From NCBI RefSeq assembly GCF_022045235.1, contig NW_027266267.1, positions 17,422,001-17,486,000 on the forward strand: 64,000 bases of DNA, written 5' to 3'. This DNA is from Haliotis cracherodii (lineage: Eukaryota). A program made the translations under genes and the position numbers. Positions within the stretch are counted from its first letter, which is position 1. Every line of letters starts with the position of its first letter. The notes below the pieces were generated by a model that had not been told where the DNA came from, did no database searches, and saw only the letters and a program-made list of their open reading frames with translations. Of this stretch, positions 41,701 through 53,655 are shown in pieces.

Positions 41701-44700
41701 CACGTCCTCAACAGACCAAATACACTTCCAAGAACTACCAAAACAATTTACTACAATGACTAGTTCATGTTGTTATGGTCAGGCTCAGAACCTTTTGACC
41801 AGCCATCGTAGTCATAGTTGCAATACGTTGTGAATATCACGTTTAGACAATGACGATGTGTCAGTGCCATGTGTCAAATAGATCGATTGTATACTTATGG
41901 TAACAATAATTGCTAGATTTGTATGCATTATAAACTATCAGTAGGAAGACAAGAAACGTTGGGACTTATGAATGACCTGAATCAGACTTTCTTAGCTCGG
42001 CAATGGTGCGGAACATAATCACGTAGTTCCAAGATTATCATCCCCAGCACTTTTGTGAGGTGCCCAGCTACCTAATTTTGGTATCCTTTTAAACGAGAGT
42101 TTGACATTTAAGTTGTGTATGCAGGAAACTTGATACCTGTTTTATTTATGCACTGCAGGATCAACAGTGGACAAAGAGCAACACAAATATACAAATATAT
42201 AATGTTTTCGTTTTAAAGCCTGACAAATTTAGTTAATGGCAATAATTACAACACTACCACACGTATCGGTGCGAACATCGGGTCGGCTGAGTGATTACTC
42301 ACAAATGACCAGCAACTCCACCCTCTGACTGACAGGTGCTCCGATGTTGTTAGTGGCAGTACAGGAGTAGTTCCCTCTTTGTCTACAGTCTGCTGACTCC
42401 AGTCTATATTCTGCTGTCAGGGAGTTATCTGCCCTTGTCAACTCCTCAGTTCCATTCAGTAACCTAATGATTGACCTTGGGTAACTATCAATCTGGCATC
42501 TCAAGGTCACTGTATCAGATTCGTTAACTGTCAATGTGCCGCTGAGTGAATTGGCGGTGAACATACTTATACTGGCCTGATCTGAAATTATAACTCATTA
42601 TTATATTACAGGGAGGGTATTGTCTGTATATTGGAGTTAACATGTGTGTGGATTAGTAAGAAAAGAAACATGAGTTCCATAACTGAATTCATCGCATGCA
42701 CTTCCACATGCTTTTAGTGTATTACATATTTCTAACATGTTGATCTATCTATATCTAGGATAATGAAACGAACTTTCCGGACGGACTTTTAAATTACAGT
42801 ACTAGCACTTGTTTAGATTTGTATATGACTAGTTTATACCTCGAGGGATCAATTTCATTTAATACTTGTGACTTCATGTTTACACTGACAGCCATACACC
42901 AACCACATGTAACGCAGAATAAAAAAGTTCATCAAAAGGATATGTTACATGAGCATATGTATGGTCAAATTGCAATACAGGAACAACTTTTGTACTTGAC
43001 ATCAAAATGTGTGGTGCCAATGGAAACGTCAACTCAGGATCAAAACAGCAATAAACAAAATGTGAAGTCTGACCCTCTGACACATTTCCATCACACTATG
43101 TCATTCATACATAAACATCCCTATTTTGCCTTTTACCCCCAGTGGAATCTGTTTCGGCATATAATCGAGAATGATCATCCTCTGGCGTTGCAGTATTGCA
43201 TTTATGAATCACTATTAAAAGCAATACATTCAGGAAAATAAGTAAACAATCTATTATTAAATCTTTCCTCTGCAATACATCGACATTGCGTTACGGTTGA
43301 GTGCAGTAAATGTATTATTGGAGGTTATCAAAGAAAAATAAACAGTGCATGTGGTAGCAAAAAACAGAAACTTTTGTTATCCTAGAGAAGTCAAACTAAG
43401 TTGTCTTTGAAGCACAATTTGAAAGTGCTTGACAGTTTGTTAGATATTATTTGATGTAGCATAAAGCCTGTCTCCATACATGGTTGGGAGCTTGTGCCAC
43501 TCGTCACGAGGCTTGTGAGCAATGTGGATTGCGTGCGAGTGAATTGTCTTTTGCTCTGCTTTAAACATTGATTCAGCTGTACCATGCTGTGACAAACACA
43601 CTGGTTTAAATAAAACTGACAGAAGCCGAATATGTCTGCATAGTAAATACGATTTATATATGTGTGTTATACATACTACTTGCCAACTAGCAAACTATGG
43701 AACTCTTCAGACCAGCTGTCCACACTATACCCAGCACTTGTAATTTAGCATGACAAACTGCTGGGTATGATAGATAATGCTTTCGGTAGCAATGATAACC
43801 TAGATAGTGGTGACACTTTAATTTACACGTAGAAGCATCTCGGAACTACAAATAGTGTTTCCTCAGCTTCTTATTTAAACAGACATACTGCCGCACACGC
43901 GTCATAATCCATTGTAAAGAAATGTGGCTTTGGAACCCTATGGCATCAATGGTTACTTGCTACTCACACTGCACATCCACATTGATCTGTGCTGTTGCTG
44001 TCCCCAGTTGTTGGGATCCCCCACTGGGTGTGAGCGTGTTGCTGGCAGTACAGGTGTAGTTTCCTCCCTGACTCCTGCTGATGCTGATTCGATCAAGTAC
44101 AGCCCCAGTACTGACAGTAGAACCACTATAGGTCCAGGTGTAGCTTGTTAATGGAGGGTTGCCTGGTGTGGTGTAGGTACTACAGTCTATCCTGAGGCTA
44201 GAGAACTCTGAGATATTCTGCACTGTTGGTAGTCCAAATATAGAAGGAGCATCTGAAAAATAGGAAAATTACAAATCCATAAGCGAAATTGAATAAACAT
44301 GTACATTTACTGGTTATTATCCAGTAAAACATGCATGACTCCTGACACTCTCCTATGTAAACTGTTATGGCATGATTTGTTCAACATACAATATATATAA
44401 TAATAACAAAAATAATAATTGTATTCATATATTTTGTACAATAATAACAACATATAACTTTTCTTTCAGAAGAAGGTGTCGCAATTACTCACACTGTACA
44501 TCCACATTGACTGAGGCCGAATCTAATCCCTGAGTGTTGCTGGCAGTACAGGTGTAGTTTCCTCCCTGACTCCTGCTGATGCTGATTCGATCAAGTACAG
44601 CCCCAGTACTGACAGTAGAACCACCATAGGTCCAGGTGTAGCTTGTTGTTGGAGGGTTGCCGGGTGTGGTGTAGGTACTACAGTCTATCCTGAGACGGGA

Positions 44701-45926
44701 TGACTTGACCACTGTGTAGGTGGAAGGCAGGCCAGATATTGATGGAACAGCTGAAAGAACATGGTGCAGGTACTACAGTCTATCCTGAGACGGGATGACT
44801 CGATCACTCGGTAGATGGACGGCAGGCCAGATATTGAGTGGACATCTGTTTGTTGGAATATTCATTTCATATGTTGTGTCTCATATGAATACAGTTCGAT
44901 CAGTTCCCACAACAATTTAACGGATCTTTCACTTGATGTTATACAATAATAACTGTTTACACATCACATGATACTTAAAGACATAAATTGGAGCCTTTGT
45001 TTTGCGATAAATGTCAAAAGAATGCTGAAGTAAACACCCCATATACATTTTAGAATTAATGAACGAATCAATTAATCAATAATCAATTAATGTGAGAAAT
45101 AGTAACAGAATGAGGGGTTTTATACCATATCAACTATTTAGAGCGATATTTACATACTCATATATGTCATTTGACGGAATCACCATGTGTATTATCGGAC
45201 ATGTTCGTTATAGGTGTTATAGGTGGAATACTGCTAAACCGTTTAGGTCGTTTATGATGTACATAGCGTATTTGGTTTGTTGGTTGGTTGGTTTGGTTTT
45301 AACGCCGCACTCAGCAATAATCCAGCTATATGACGGCGGTCTGTAAATAATCGAGTCTAGACCAGACAATCCAGTGATTGATATCATAAGCATGGATCCA
45401 CGCAATTGGGATCGATGACATGCATAAACCAAGTCAGCGAGCCTGACCACCTGATCCCCTTAGTCGGCTTTTACGACAAGCAAAGTCACCGTTTACGGCA
45501 AGCATGGGTTGCTGAAGACCTATTCTACCCCGGAATCTTTACGGGTCTTTGGTATTACATCATCCCCAATATATTGTTTTAAATGATGCATTTTACACGA
45601 CCATACTTAAAGCAGCATAAGACCATACTCACTCTCACTCGCCTTGGAAATATTCATGTGTTCACCATTCATGCAAATTTGTGAAACAGTGTGAACATTT
45701 GAAATTCGGAAGGCAGGCCTTCTCGAAATTATTGACATTTTAATTTGTCTTATTGGAAACATAGACACCAACAATTCCCCTTTCATTCAAGCATTTGATT
45801 TAGTAAAGCTGTGACTAATGGGATCGGGTGACCAGGGTCACTGACTTGTCATCGTATCAAGTATCGATGTTCATGATGTCAGTCACAGGATTGTCCGTTC
45901 CAGACTCGATCCTTGAATGCGACAGT

Positions 45927-45994
<68 letters not shown>

Positions 45995-47729
45995 ACGTAC
46001 ATTCATAATAACAAACTTGTCACCACAACAAAGGCAATGACATCCATGTGTCTGGTATCTAACACATGGTATTCCTGGCATAACTGGAGGTGACCCATTG
46101 ACTCTTCTATCCATAATAATGTCCATCATATACTTACACAACACAGAGGCAGTGACACTCACTTGTCCAGTACCTGACAACCCATTCACTTCACACCTGT
46201 ATGTCCCTGCATAGCTTGATGTCACGTGACTGGCAGGCAGCTGGATGTCCAGGGAGGAGGTGTAGTCACCAACAAACACGCCCTTGTTCTGCCAGGAGTC
46301 CAAGAACACAGCTGTCTGAGCAGGCACTGATCCACTGGCTATCAGCACTGCAGAGATGCCCTCCCCCTTCCTCCAGGTGTACCCGGTAACAACATCCCCC
46401 GGTGTCACAGTGTAGCTGCATCTCAGTCTCAGAGCCTGCTGGTTGGGTATCCCTGCACCTCCTGACCCGGATACTGTCACTGCTCCCTCAACACCTGGAA
46501 ATAAACGCGCAAAACAGGGACCATTCTAAAATATGACTTTTCCCGATGTTACTCTAGAGAGGATGCAAAATGCAAGTTGGGCTCCTCGCTGCCTTAAGCA
46601 GTATTTTAGTTATTTCAAGGCTACAAAGATCTGTGTGTGACAAGTCTCTGACGAGCACGGGTATGATGTTGACAAATCAAGATTCATAGTAAGAGCTTAT
46701 CCGGTTTATCTTCATTTTTTAACATTGTCCTTATAACAGCTNNNNNNNNNNNNNNNNNNNNNNNNNNNNNNNNNNNNNNNNNNNNNNNNNNNNNNNNNNN
46801 NNNNNNNNNNNNNNNNNNNNNNNNNNNNNNNNNNNNNNNNNNNNNNNNNNNNNNNNNNNNNNNNNNNNNNNNNNNNNNNGTTTGGGGATGGTAAATATCC
46901 TGCATTAGGAATAAACATTGCATTTAGCGAGCCTTGGCGACTAATAAAGTAAGCTACTCTAACCCTAGTCTATGAGACGTCTCGGCCACGGTCAGACGTT
47001 GTTGACAGTCGGCCTAACCTGTCATAACGTTAAGAAGTGTAGTCAGATGTACAAACAGCCTTAAAGCGAAACAGGGTAACAATTCAAACATATTTCGGCC
47101 AAATCCAAATATTTTAATTTGTGGAGCAAGCCGCAGAGGTCTACAAGCACAGATATGGCTACTGATCCCGCTTGGCTAGGCCTCATGCCCTCGCAAAATT
47201 GTGTCGAAATTTATATCTCCAAGTTACCAAAACATGCCTTAGCTACGTCACAGTAAGACACTGATTTTCAGTATATTGGACTGTTCTTTTGATAATGAAA
47301 GCAATTATCTCTGTAGTTTATCAAGATTCACGATTGTTAAATCTGACTCGATCGCCGAAAGACGAATGCGACAGTGAAAGTAGTCCCTACTTGACCTTTG
47401 ATATTTGCATCTCTATCCGCATATGACCCCAACGGATATCGTTTTTATCCCTTGGCTTTATCCTGCCGATAAACCTACCCATTATATGATAAATATATAT
47501 GTATATATATATACTACTTTACTGTAATATATACTCATATATATTCTGTGATAAATGGAATTAGCACATCACAGCTGCAATCTTTCCTTGATAATAGTAT
47601 GTAGTATATACAGAAAGAAATGCTAATTGCTGATACTTGTGCAGTGTTTCTTTTAATCTTAAAACCTGACATACCTTTCACGAGGCTAACTGCAAGCACA
47701 ATCGTTGCTGCTCTAGGAAGGGACGCCAT
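34748..47729 (-). CDS. Gene C: type I membrane IgSF receptor (signal, 5 Ig, FN3, TM, ITAM/ITIM tail), about 759 aa
   Basis: Exons 47675-47729, 46138-46494, 44493-44750, 43968-44252, 42303-42581, 40148-40444, 39652-39948, 38974-39123, 38517-38535, 38033-38085, 37854-37949, 36172-36282, 34748-34770 sum to 2280 nt, an open frame with all junctions GT-AG. Confidence 0.9.
35283..35431 (+). mobile_element. SINE family 1 copy
   Basis: Same family on the plus strand, with ACTC tail. Confidence 0.75.
35910..36080 (-). mobile_element. SINE family 1 copy with an expanded (GAGT)n tail
   Basis: Same family. Confidence 0.75.
36320..37702 (+). mobile_element. Degenerate Tc1-like transposon in a gene C intron
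   Basis: RAIGMLETG, GGGSVLVWG, FQDDNSR, GRITHY*; imperfect TIRs near 36320 and 37680-37702. Confidence 0.85.
38974..39123 (-). CDS. Gene C transmembrane exon (not in the ORF track)
   Basis: DPTDHQQLDATCTEDIVGSTVGTLLLALFIEGIVVMVLYRKGFRFGHAMK; homologous to the B and D TM exons. Confidence 0.88.
39652..39948 (-). CDS. Gene C fibronectin type III domain
   Basis: 297 nt; GPPGTP...VWLSWQPGFNGGHPQSFMLEY...VTGLTSG...FRLHSRNA. Confidence 0.9.
40148..40444 (-). CDS. Gene C Ig5 (cysteine-less I-set-like)
   Basis: 297 nt; VTVSVSVLAYPLPTFTW...DFGDYSLTV. Confidence 0.85.
40620..41810 (-). mobile_element. Degenerate mariner element in a gene C intron
   Basis: TIRs TACGAGGACTGGTAAAAAAGTTCT / AGAACCTTTTGACCAGCCATCGTA with TA ends; WVP, GDETWV, KVMATVFWD, HDNA and SPDLAP motifs. 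Confidence 0.92.
42303..42581 (-). CDS. Gene C Ig4
   Basis: 279 nt; VTLRCQIDSYP...GNYSCTATN. Confidence 0.88.
43968..44252 (-). CDS. Gene C Ig3 (near-duplicate of Ig2)
   Basis: 285 nt; core essentially identical to Ig2. Confidence 0.88.
44493..44750 (-). CDS. Gene C Ig2
   Basis: 258 nt; IDCSTYTTPGNPP..YTW...GGNYTCTASN. Confidence 0.88.
45275..45546 (-). mobile_element. SINE-like interspersed repeat, family 2
   Basis: TTTAACGCCGCACTCAGCAATA..CCAGCTATATGACGGCGGTCTGTAAATAATCG..GTCGCCT.TTACGACAAGC. Other copies at about 1510-1625, 2655-2856, 8945-9175, 12670-12815, 12980-13105, 18035-18282 and 62995-63231. Confidence 0.75.
45929..45996. repeat. (AC)n microsatellite
   Basis: Seen directly in the sequence. 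Confidence 0.95.
46138..46494 (-). CDS. Gene C Ig1 (V-set-like)
   Basis: 357 nt; LRLRCSY...YTWRK...YAGTYRCEV. Confidence 0.9.
47675..47729 (-). CDS. Gene C signal-peptide exon MASLPRAATIVLAVSLVK
   Basis: Phase-1 donor AG|GTATGT. A TTTTCAG acceptor about 13 nt upstream of the ATG implies a non-coding first exon. Confidence 0.78.
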
Positions 47730-48965
47730 TGACAGCAGTTTTCTGAAAAGGTAATACATTTTTTGCTAGAGAACACTACACATTCCCACGTAGAGACTTA
47801 CGTATTTTATTATGATCAGATACGTTCTAACCTGTGGCTTGCAAGAACTGAGACTATGCATGTGTATATTAATGAGTTATCTTCATAACTTCTTTAAGTG
47901 GCAGTTACATGTATCTCCAGGGTGTGACAGTGTAAAATAAGCGGATTCATCATTCTAATCATGTTTTTGTTTTCTCAGAACCATGCCTGTGCTCGTGTTG
48001 CTTATGTGGTACATTGTGACATATACATCAGCCAGAGTGGCTAGTTTCTTCTACTTGATGAAATATTTGCATATATAGTTTTTCAATCTGGTGTCCTGTG
48101 TGTAAGATGAACGTTCCTTATGATATCCATGCATCTAAGTATTGCTGAACGGATCAAGTGTATGAGTAGCTGATGATGAAGTCATGTTGGCTTCGGACGG
48201 GTATATACGAGAGGGAAATCCATTTGATGTATTTGTCATAGTGGACACCATAGGTTTCTTTAATATTTCATTTATCCAAAATACCTGATTGCTTCAATAT
48301 TTATTGCCAAAGTGCAATGACATTTGATCTCGCTTGCCTATTTAATGTATACAGCATACATTGTGCATATCGCCTCCGAACATAAGTCTCCTCCGTGCAG
48401 GACCCTTCATTCCCAGAGCTATTATAACTGTCAATTAACACCTCCTTAGGTCTCCGGATCTTACATATCTAAATGTACATGGGTCACACAGTTGCGGACA
48501 GATTGCACGGCTAGTCGCCGCATCACCACCAACAACGTCAACGATAATAAAAATCGCCGTTCAACTTGTAGTTAGGACAGAGCGGGTCTCCGCACCTAGA
48601 GCATTGTTCACTCGGGCCCGTGTGATTTCTGTCACGTGATTACTATAACTTTGTACCATTTCGACCTATTTCAAACTACAACAAAAGATTTGACTGTTGT
48701 TATCTCAAACATAACCCCTGAGTATTGTGTTACAACGTCCTTACTGATCTATCAAAGGAGTTATTGACTCAAATGACAGATCAATATTAGTTATTTATAG
48801 TACCTTCTTGTATGTGCTGTGTGGCGTGTTGAATATATATGTAAGCAGTTGCCAATGGGAAGCTAAGCAAATGTACACAAGTACATAAGTCTAGATTTTG
48901 TTAAACGTTGGTTAAACTATCAGAAATTATGTCTGTTTGGAGCATGACCAAACACATTGTCTCAC

Positions 48966-49095
48966 CTTTGTGTCAGGGCTGCTTTGTGTCAGGGCTGCTT
49001 TGTGTCAGGGCTGTCCGGCGTCGAATAACTTAACATGGGTTGTCAGGTCAGATATCATAATGTGTAGTTTCCTTCCTTGTTTATAAATACACCCG
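48966..49095 (-). promoter_or_regulatory. Candidate promoter and 5'UTR exon of gene C, containing a 3x16-bp repeat
   Basis: CGGGTGTATTTATA at 49082-49095; donor AAG|GTGAGA at 48965; CAGCCCTGACACAAAG x3 at 48966-49013. Confidence 0.5.
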
Positions 49096-49466
49096 AGTAA
49101 ACATTGAGGCCACAATCGCGTTGCAGTTTGAGTGATAGTATAATTTGTCGACAAAGGGACTGCAGATGAGGATCCAGTCTGTTATTGATGACGGGTTTAT
49201 TCCTGTTGTGTATGTATCAGTCAATCAATCAGTTTATTGTTTTTCAAGGCCATAGGACCCATATAACATACATATATATCACACAGTTATATTACATTGC
49301 ACATACATCTTGGTATTGGATAACATTAAATTTCCCTTCTAATTTTAAATACGATATACATATATATTGACAGATGAAATATATTCTCAAGTATTTTAGA
49401 ATCAATTATTAGCATCATACAGTGGGCTCGGTTGTTTGTTAAGACTTTGCAATGAGTATGTGCATC

Positions 49467-49579
49467 CCGGGTTCGACTCCCGACATGGGTACAATGTGTG
49501 AAGCCCATTTCTGGTGTCCCCCTGCCGTGGTATTGCTGGAATATTGCTAAAAGCGGCGTAAAACCATTCTCACTCACTC
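49467..49579 (+). mobile_element. 5'-truncated SINE family 1 copy
   Basis: B box GGTTCGACTCC plus body and tail. Confidence 0.75.
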
Positions 49580-52500
49580 AATATGCAAATACTACATCTT
49601 TGTCATCTCTGTATACGAACTTTCGAATGATTTGGGCAGAAGAATGTCGTGAACATAGCCTGTGTGTTCTATCAAAATGTATATTCAACTTGATGTTCAG
49701 TCGTGATGTCTTGTACCATATGTTCCTATTTTGTTCAGGTGAACAGTTGATTTTCGTTGCATGTGTTTGTGATCAGTGCCACCGGTTGTGCAGGATACGC
49801 TCACCTTTTAGCGAACACCTGATATCATACTATTTGATAGTGATTCATAAACACATGCCCATGATATAGACGGAAATGTGCAATCGACTGTGCTTGATTC
49901 AGAGATTTGTATTGTATGTGGAAAGGGTTTTGTTGCTTTAATTCATAAATGATTCTGTGTGCCAGAAACCTGTGGTCGTTGGTCATGACACCAGGTAACA
50001 CACGCCACTCACACAATGTTCTTGAAAAATAAGTGTTTGCTTGTTGCAATACAACTGCACGAGATGGCAATATTCAGCCACCATACTTTACACAGGAGGA
50101 GGCAGCCCAACGAATGCCATGCAAACTCTCAGATTTCACAACCCTGTGTTATTGTATCGTGCCCCAACCTTCAGGCGTCCGGTCCCTGTGCTGACTTGAA
50201 TACTCTCCAGATTGCCTTTTCTGTGCATATACAAAGACCAATACAAAACGCGATTAATCTGGTTCCTTGTCACCGACCTTAGCTTACAATATGCCCATAC
50301 AGGTGACTCGTTCGTGTTCAGAGCAACCACACGAGCATCAATGGCTTCACTCTCACAGTCAACATGGCATTCAAAAGACTGAATAGATAAGGGGCCAATT
50401 ATTAGTTGCAATATTCTGTCTCCTGCGATAGCCATTCGTTAAACATTATTCACAACATGTATGCATTAACAAATGGCTTGAAACTAGTTTACTATGACTA
50501 GACCTTTGTTATGCGAGGTAGGCAGTTCAATGAAGATATACAACATGACAAAACCATAAGATCCCTAAACGTGGTTGGTTGCCTGGACATTATTTTAAGC
50601 GTTTCTTGCTGAACCGGGGTTAAAAAATCATTTTGGAAACCCTAATGCCCACAAGTATGGGATGATCACACTGTCATTTTGAAACCTTGTAGATTCAGTA
50701 GTTTATTTGCGGTTGTGAACGAATATTCAGCATGGTGTTTCTAGATTGTTTCACATATCAAAGGGTGTCCACTGGAGAGTATAACAGCGCAACAGACTGA
50801 CGACATATTTTAGATAAATCTATCATCACAATGAAGCGGTGCAGCAGAAATTGATACATTCAACATGAAATAAAGTGTATATACATGAAATTAAAAGTGA
50901 ATTAATTCCTTTCACTGCCACCAGCGTGGAAGGATAGACCTACCTTTTGTTGAGCACCTGGTATTATCACTATTTGATAGTGATTTCTTTACATATGCTT
51001 ATGAGATACTCGTATACGTACAAGGATATTTTATGAAAAGTAACGTATTACTTTAATTCACTACAAAAGTGAATGGCAAACATCAATTAAACACTATTTA
51101 TTTATTGTGAATCATTGTTTATTTCCTGTAAGTATTGGATCCAAAACAAACAAGGCAATGAAGGTGCCTCTTTATAACCTATAGTAAGCAAAATATATAT
51201 TAAAATGCGATACTGAAGCATATACAACGTTAAGCCATGTCTATATGTCCTTATAAGTAAGGCTCAACGAGAATGAATACAACATGTATAAAATGTCAAC
51301 AGACAGCCGTTTCACTTTAGACCTGCACACCAAAACACCGAACTATCATATAGACCACTATATTATTTTGGAAAATCAAAGCTAATGGCAAACTTTGTCA
51401 TTCATTATGTAATTGCCTTTACTTCACATTTTGTGACATTTAAATATGTTATATCGACGAAACAACACGTTTTACGCTCAAATGATTGAACTATGTAAAT
51501 TTACAGTCGCGACAACACACTTGGCTGCTATTGCCGTAATGATCAGTCAGGTGTGTGTGTTTATGGAGCCCACAGGGTGTTAAATAGCATAACCTGGGCT
51601 CACAGACATGTTTGTATAACAAGCAATCTGATCAATAGCTCAAGATCGGGGACGATTATCGCCGGTATCAGTCTTGATAACTTTAGGAAGTTGATCCCTG
51701 TAGATCAGCCAGTGGCCACGCTGGACAAGCACAAATGGAGTATGATGTAGTGTGGTCATATGAAAGTATGACATTGAAATGTTAATTTTGGTAGGCTAGC
51801 TCTTCTTGCAGGATCTCATTACAGGCTATAAGTGAAATCTTACAATGTTTTAAGCACTAAATAGGACCGCTATAAACGGTGAAAAATTTGGCTTTTGGAG
51901 ATCATTCATAGTCAATCTCCTCGCATGTGTTCATCTGCTAAACAGGTAATGACTCAACTTTTTGTAAACAAAGTTATGAAAAGGGGACACAGAAATTTAG
52001 TACTATAAAGTTTGTGTCAGTCACGTAATCCCATGCAAGTGTTGGGGATATAACAATATGTTGTGCTATTTAAGAAATAAACGACGAGAGTGAGTGCAGT
52101 GCAGGGAGAAGAAACCATGATGGGTGCAGTGTTTTATCTTATGATAAACAACGACCACGAATTATTATCGTTTATTTCGTAAATTTGATATCGATATTAT
52201 GCACAGCCTCTCGAAGAGTGATGATAAAATTGTGCAACTTTAAAATATGTTTACACGTATTTTAATAATGATGACTCCAACAATAAAATCCGACCACGGC
52301 CATGTCGCTCATGTCCATGTTATGCACAGGTCGGTAGTTCTCGTATATTCTTGCAATCGTAAAATTGATTATCTTTACCTTTTTCCAAAAAACGATTGTC
52401 ACGCTTTTGGGTGCCATCGTTGGGCGATCGGGTTTTTCTGCATTGCCAATCTTCATCCATGGGGCACAAATCACTAGACACTCCCCTCCCATCAAGTGGT

Positions 52501-52763
52501 GAGCGCATGCTCGAATGTCCAGAAATGACGTCATATTATAACAATGTGTTTATCATGTAATACACTACTCTTTGTTCTTCATTGTCGTTTTTTTTTTTTT
52601 GGCGTAGCTATCTTATATATGTCAATATAATGCAAAGCAATAATATATTGAATGATAAAGGCAACAGTCATATGTTACTATATACTATATGAAAGGTAAA
52701 CATAATTTTCAGTTCACGCTCTGTGTTTTTCCCTCCAGTGATATCTTCACATCTACTTCTTGT

Positions 52764-53655
52764 TTACTTGTTCCCATAGTCAGGATCTGAAACTGCATCT
52801 CATGGAATGAAGACCCGGAAACTAATTTCAAAGTTGTCAAACGATGACAGGGTAAACGTGTTGTACACCAGGACACAAGAGGGTGGGATTTTGAAACTTA
52901 AATTACTTCTGGTATACAATATATAATGCAAGATTTTAATTCTTTTCAGGGGTATAAATATTCTGAATAATGGTTACCTCGAGATTGACCGCCGCTATTC
53001 TGATATGGAGATGCGTTGATAGACTCTGGAGGAGCTTCTGTCATGTCTTCGTAGGTACTGGGCTCGACTGAAAATGTGATTCGTAACACATTTGCAAAGA
53101 ACAAATTCAAATGTTACACATCCTTTTAAACGTAACACAAAGATGAATAGCACACCGATGATCTTTCAGTACCTTCACTGAGTTTATCGATTGAGAACTG
53201 CTATAGTATATAGAACATCAAAGTATCCATCTACCGTTTGTATTTTCATAAATCTTCAACTGTGTGTAATGTTGTTTTTCCGATGCCTCTTTATCGCCTG
53301 GGTACTCAGCTGGACTGTTGACGTGATCTGGAACGAATCCATATGAACATACAATAACGGTGTTAGGGCGAAGTAGAAACAGTCATATTTGTGAACAAAA
53401 CAATCTATCTGACGAACATTGCTGACTTCAACTTACCCAAGGATGAATATCCTATGTTTTCCATTTCTTCTATTTCGGTATTCCTTGTGCTACAAATGTA
53501 AAGTAAGGTCCGTGTATGGCATTTTATAATGGATAGGAACATCTTCAATGTATGATTTGTTTTGTGATTTTAGAGGACATCTACCTTATTACAAAATAAA
53601 TTATTTTAAAACGTATTATTCATACATTTAGTCTACCTTTTTTGTGAAGCAGTTC
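52764..53655 (-). CDS. Gene B cytoplasmic exons (19, 53, 93, 90, 23 nt)
   Basis: GTASQK-STRNTEIEEMENIGYSSL-DHVNSPAEYPGDKEASEKQHYTQLKIYENTN-VEPSTYEDMTEAPPESINASPYQNSGGQSR-DPDYGNK*. Confidence 0.88.

Noticed and set aside
45455-45546. Self-cleaving ribozyme at the 5' end of repeat family 2
   Set aside because: Short hairpins are visible, but I could not fit a known ribozyme fold by eye. An Rfam cmscan would be needed.
34748-47729. Naming gene C as nephrin, hemicentin or Dscam
   Set aside because: The domain number and tail do not match those orthologues; the similarity is only at domain-family level, so no symbol was assigned.
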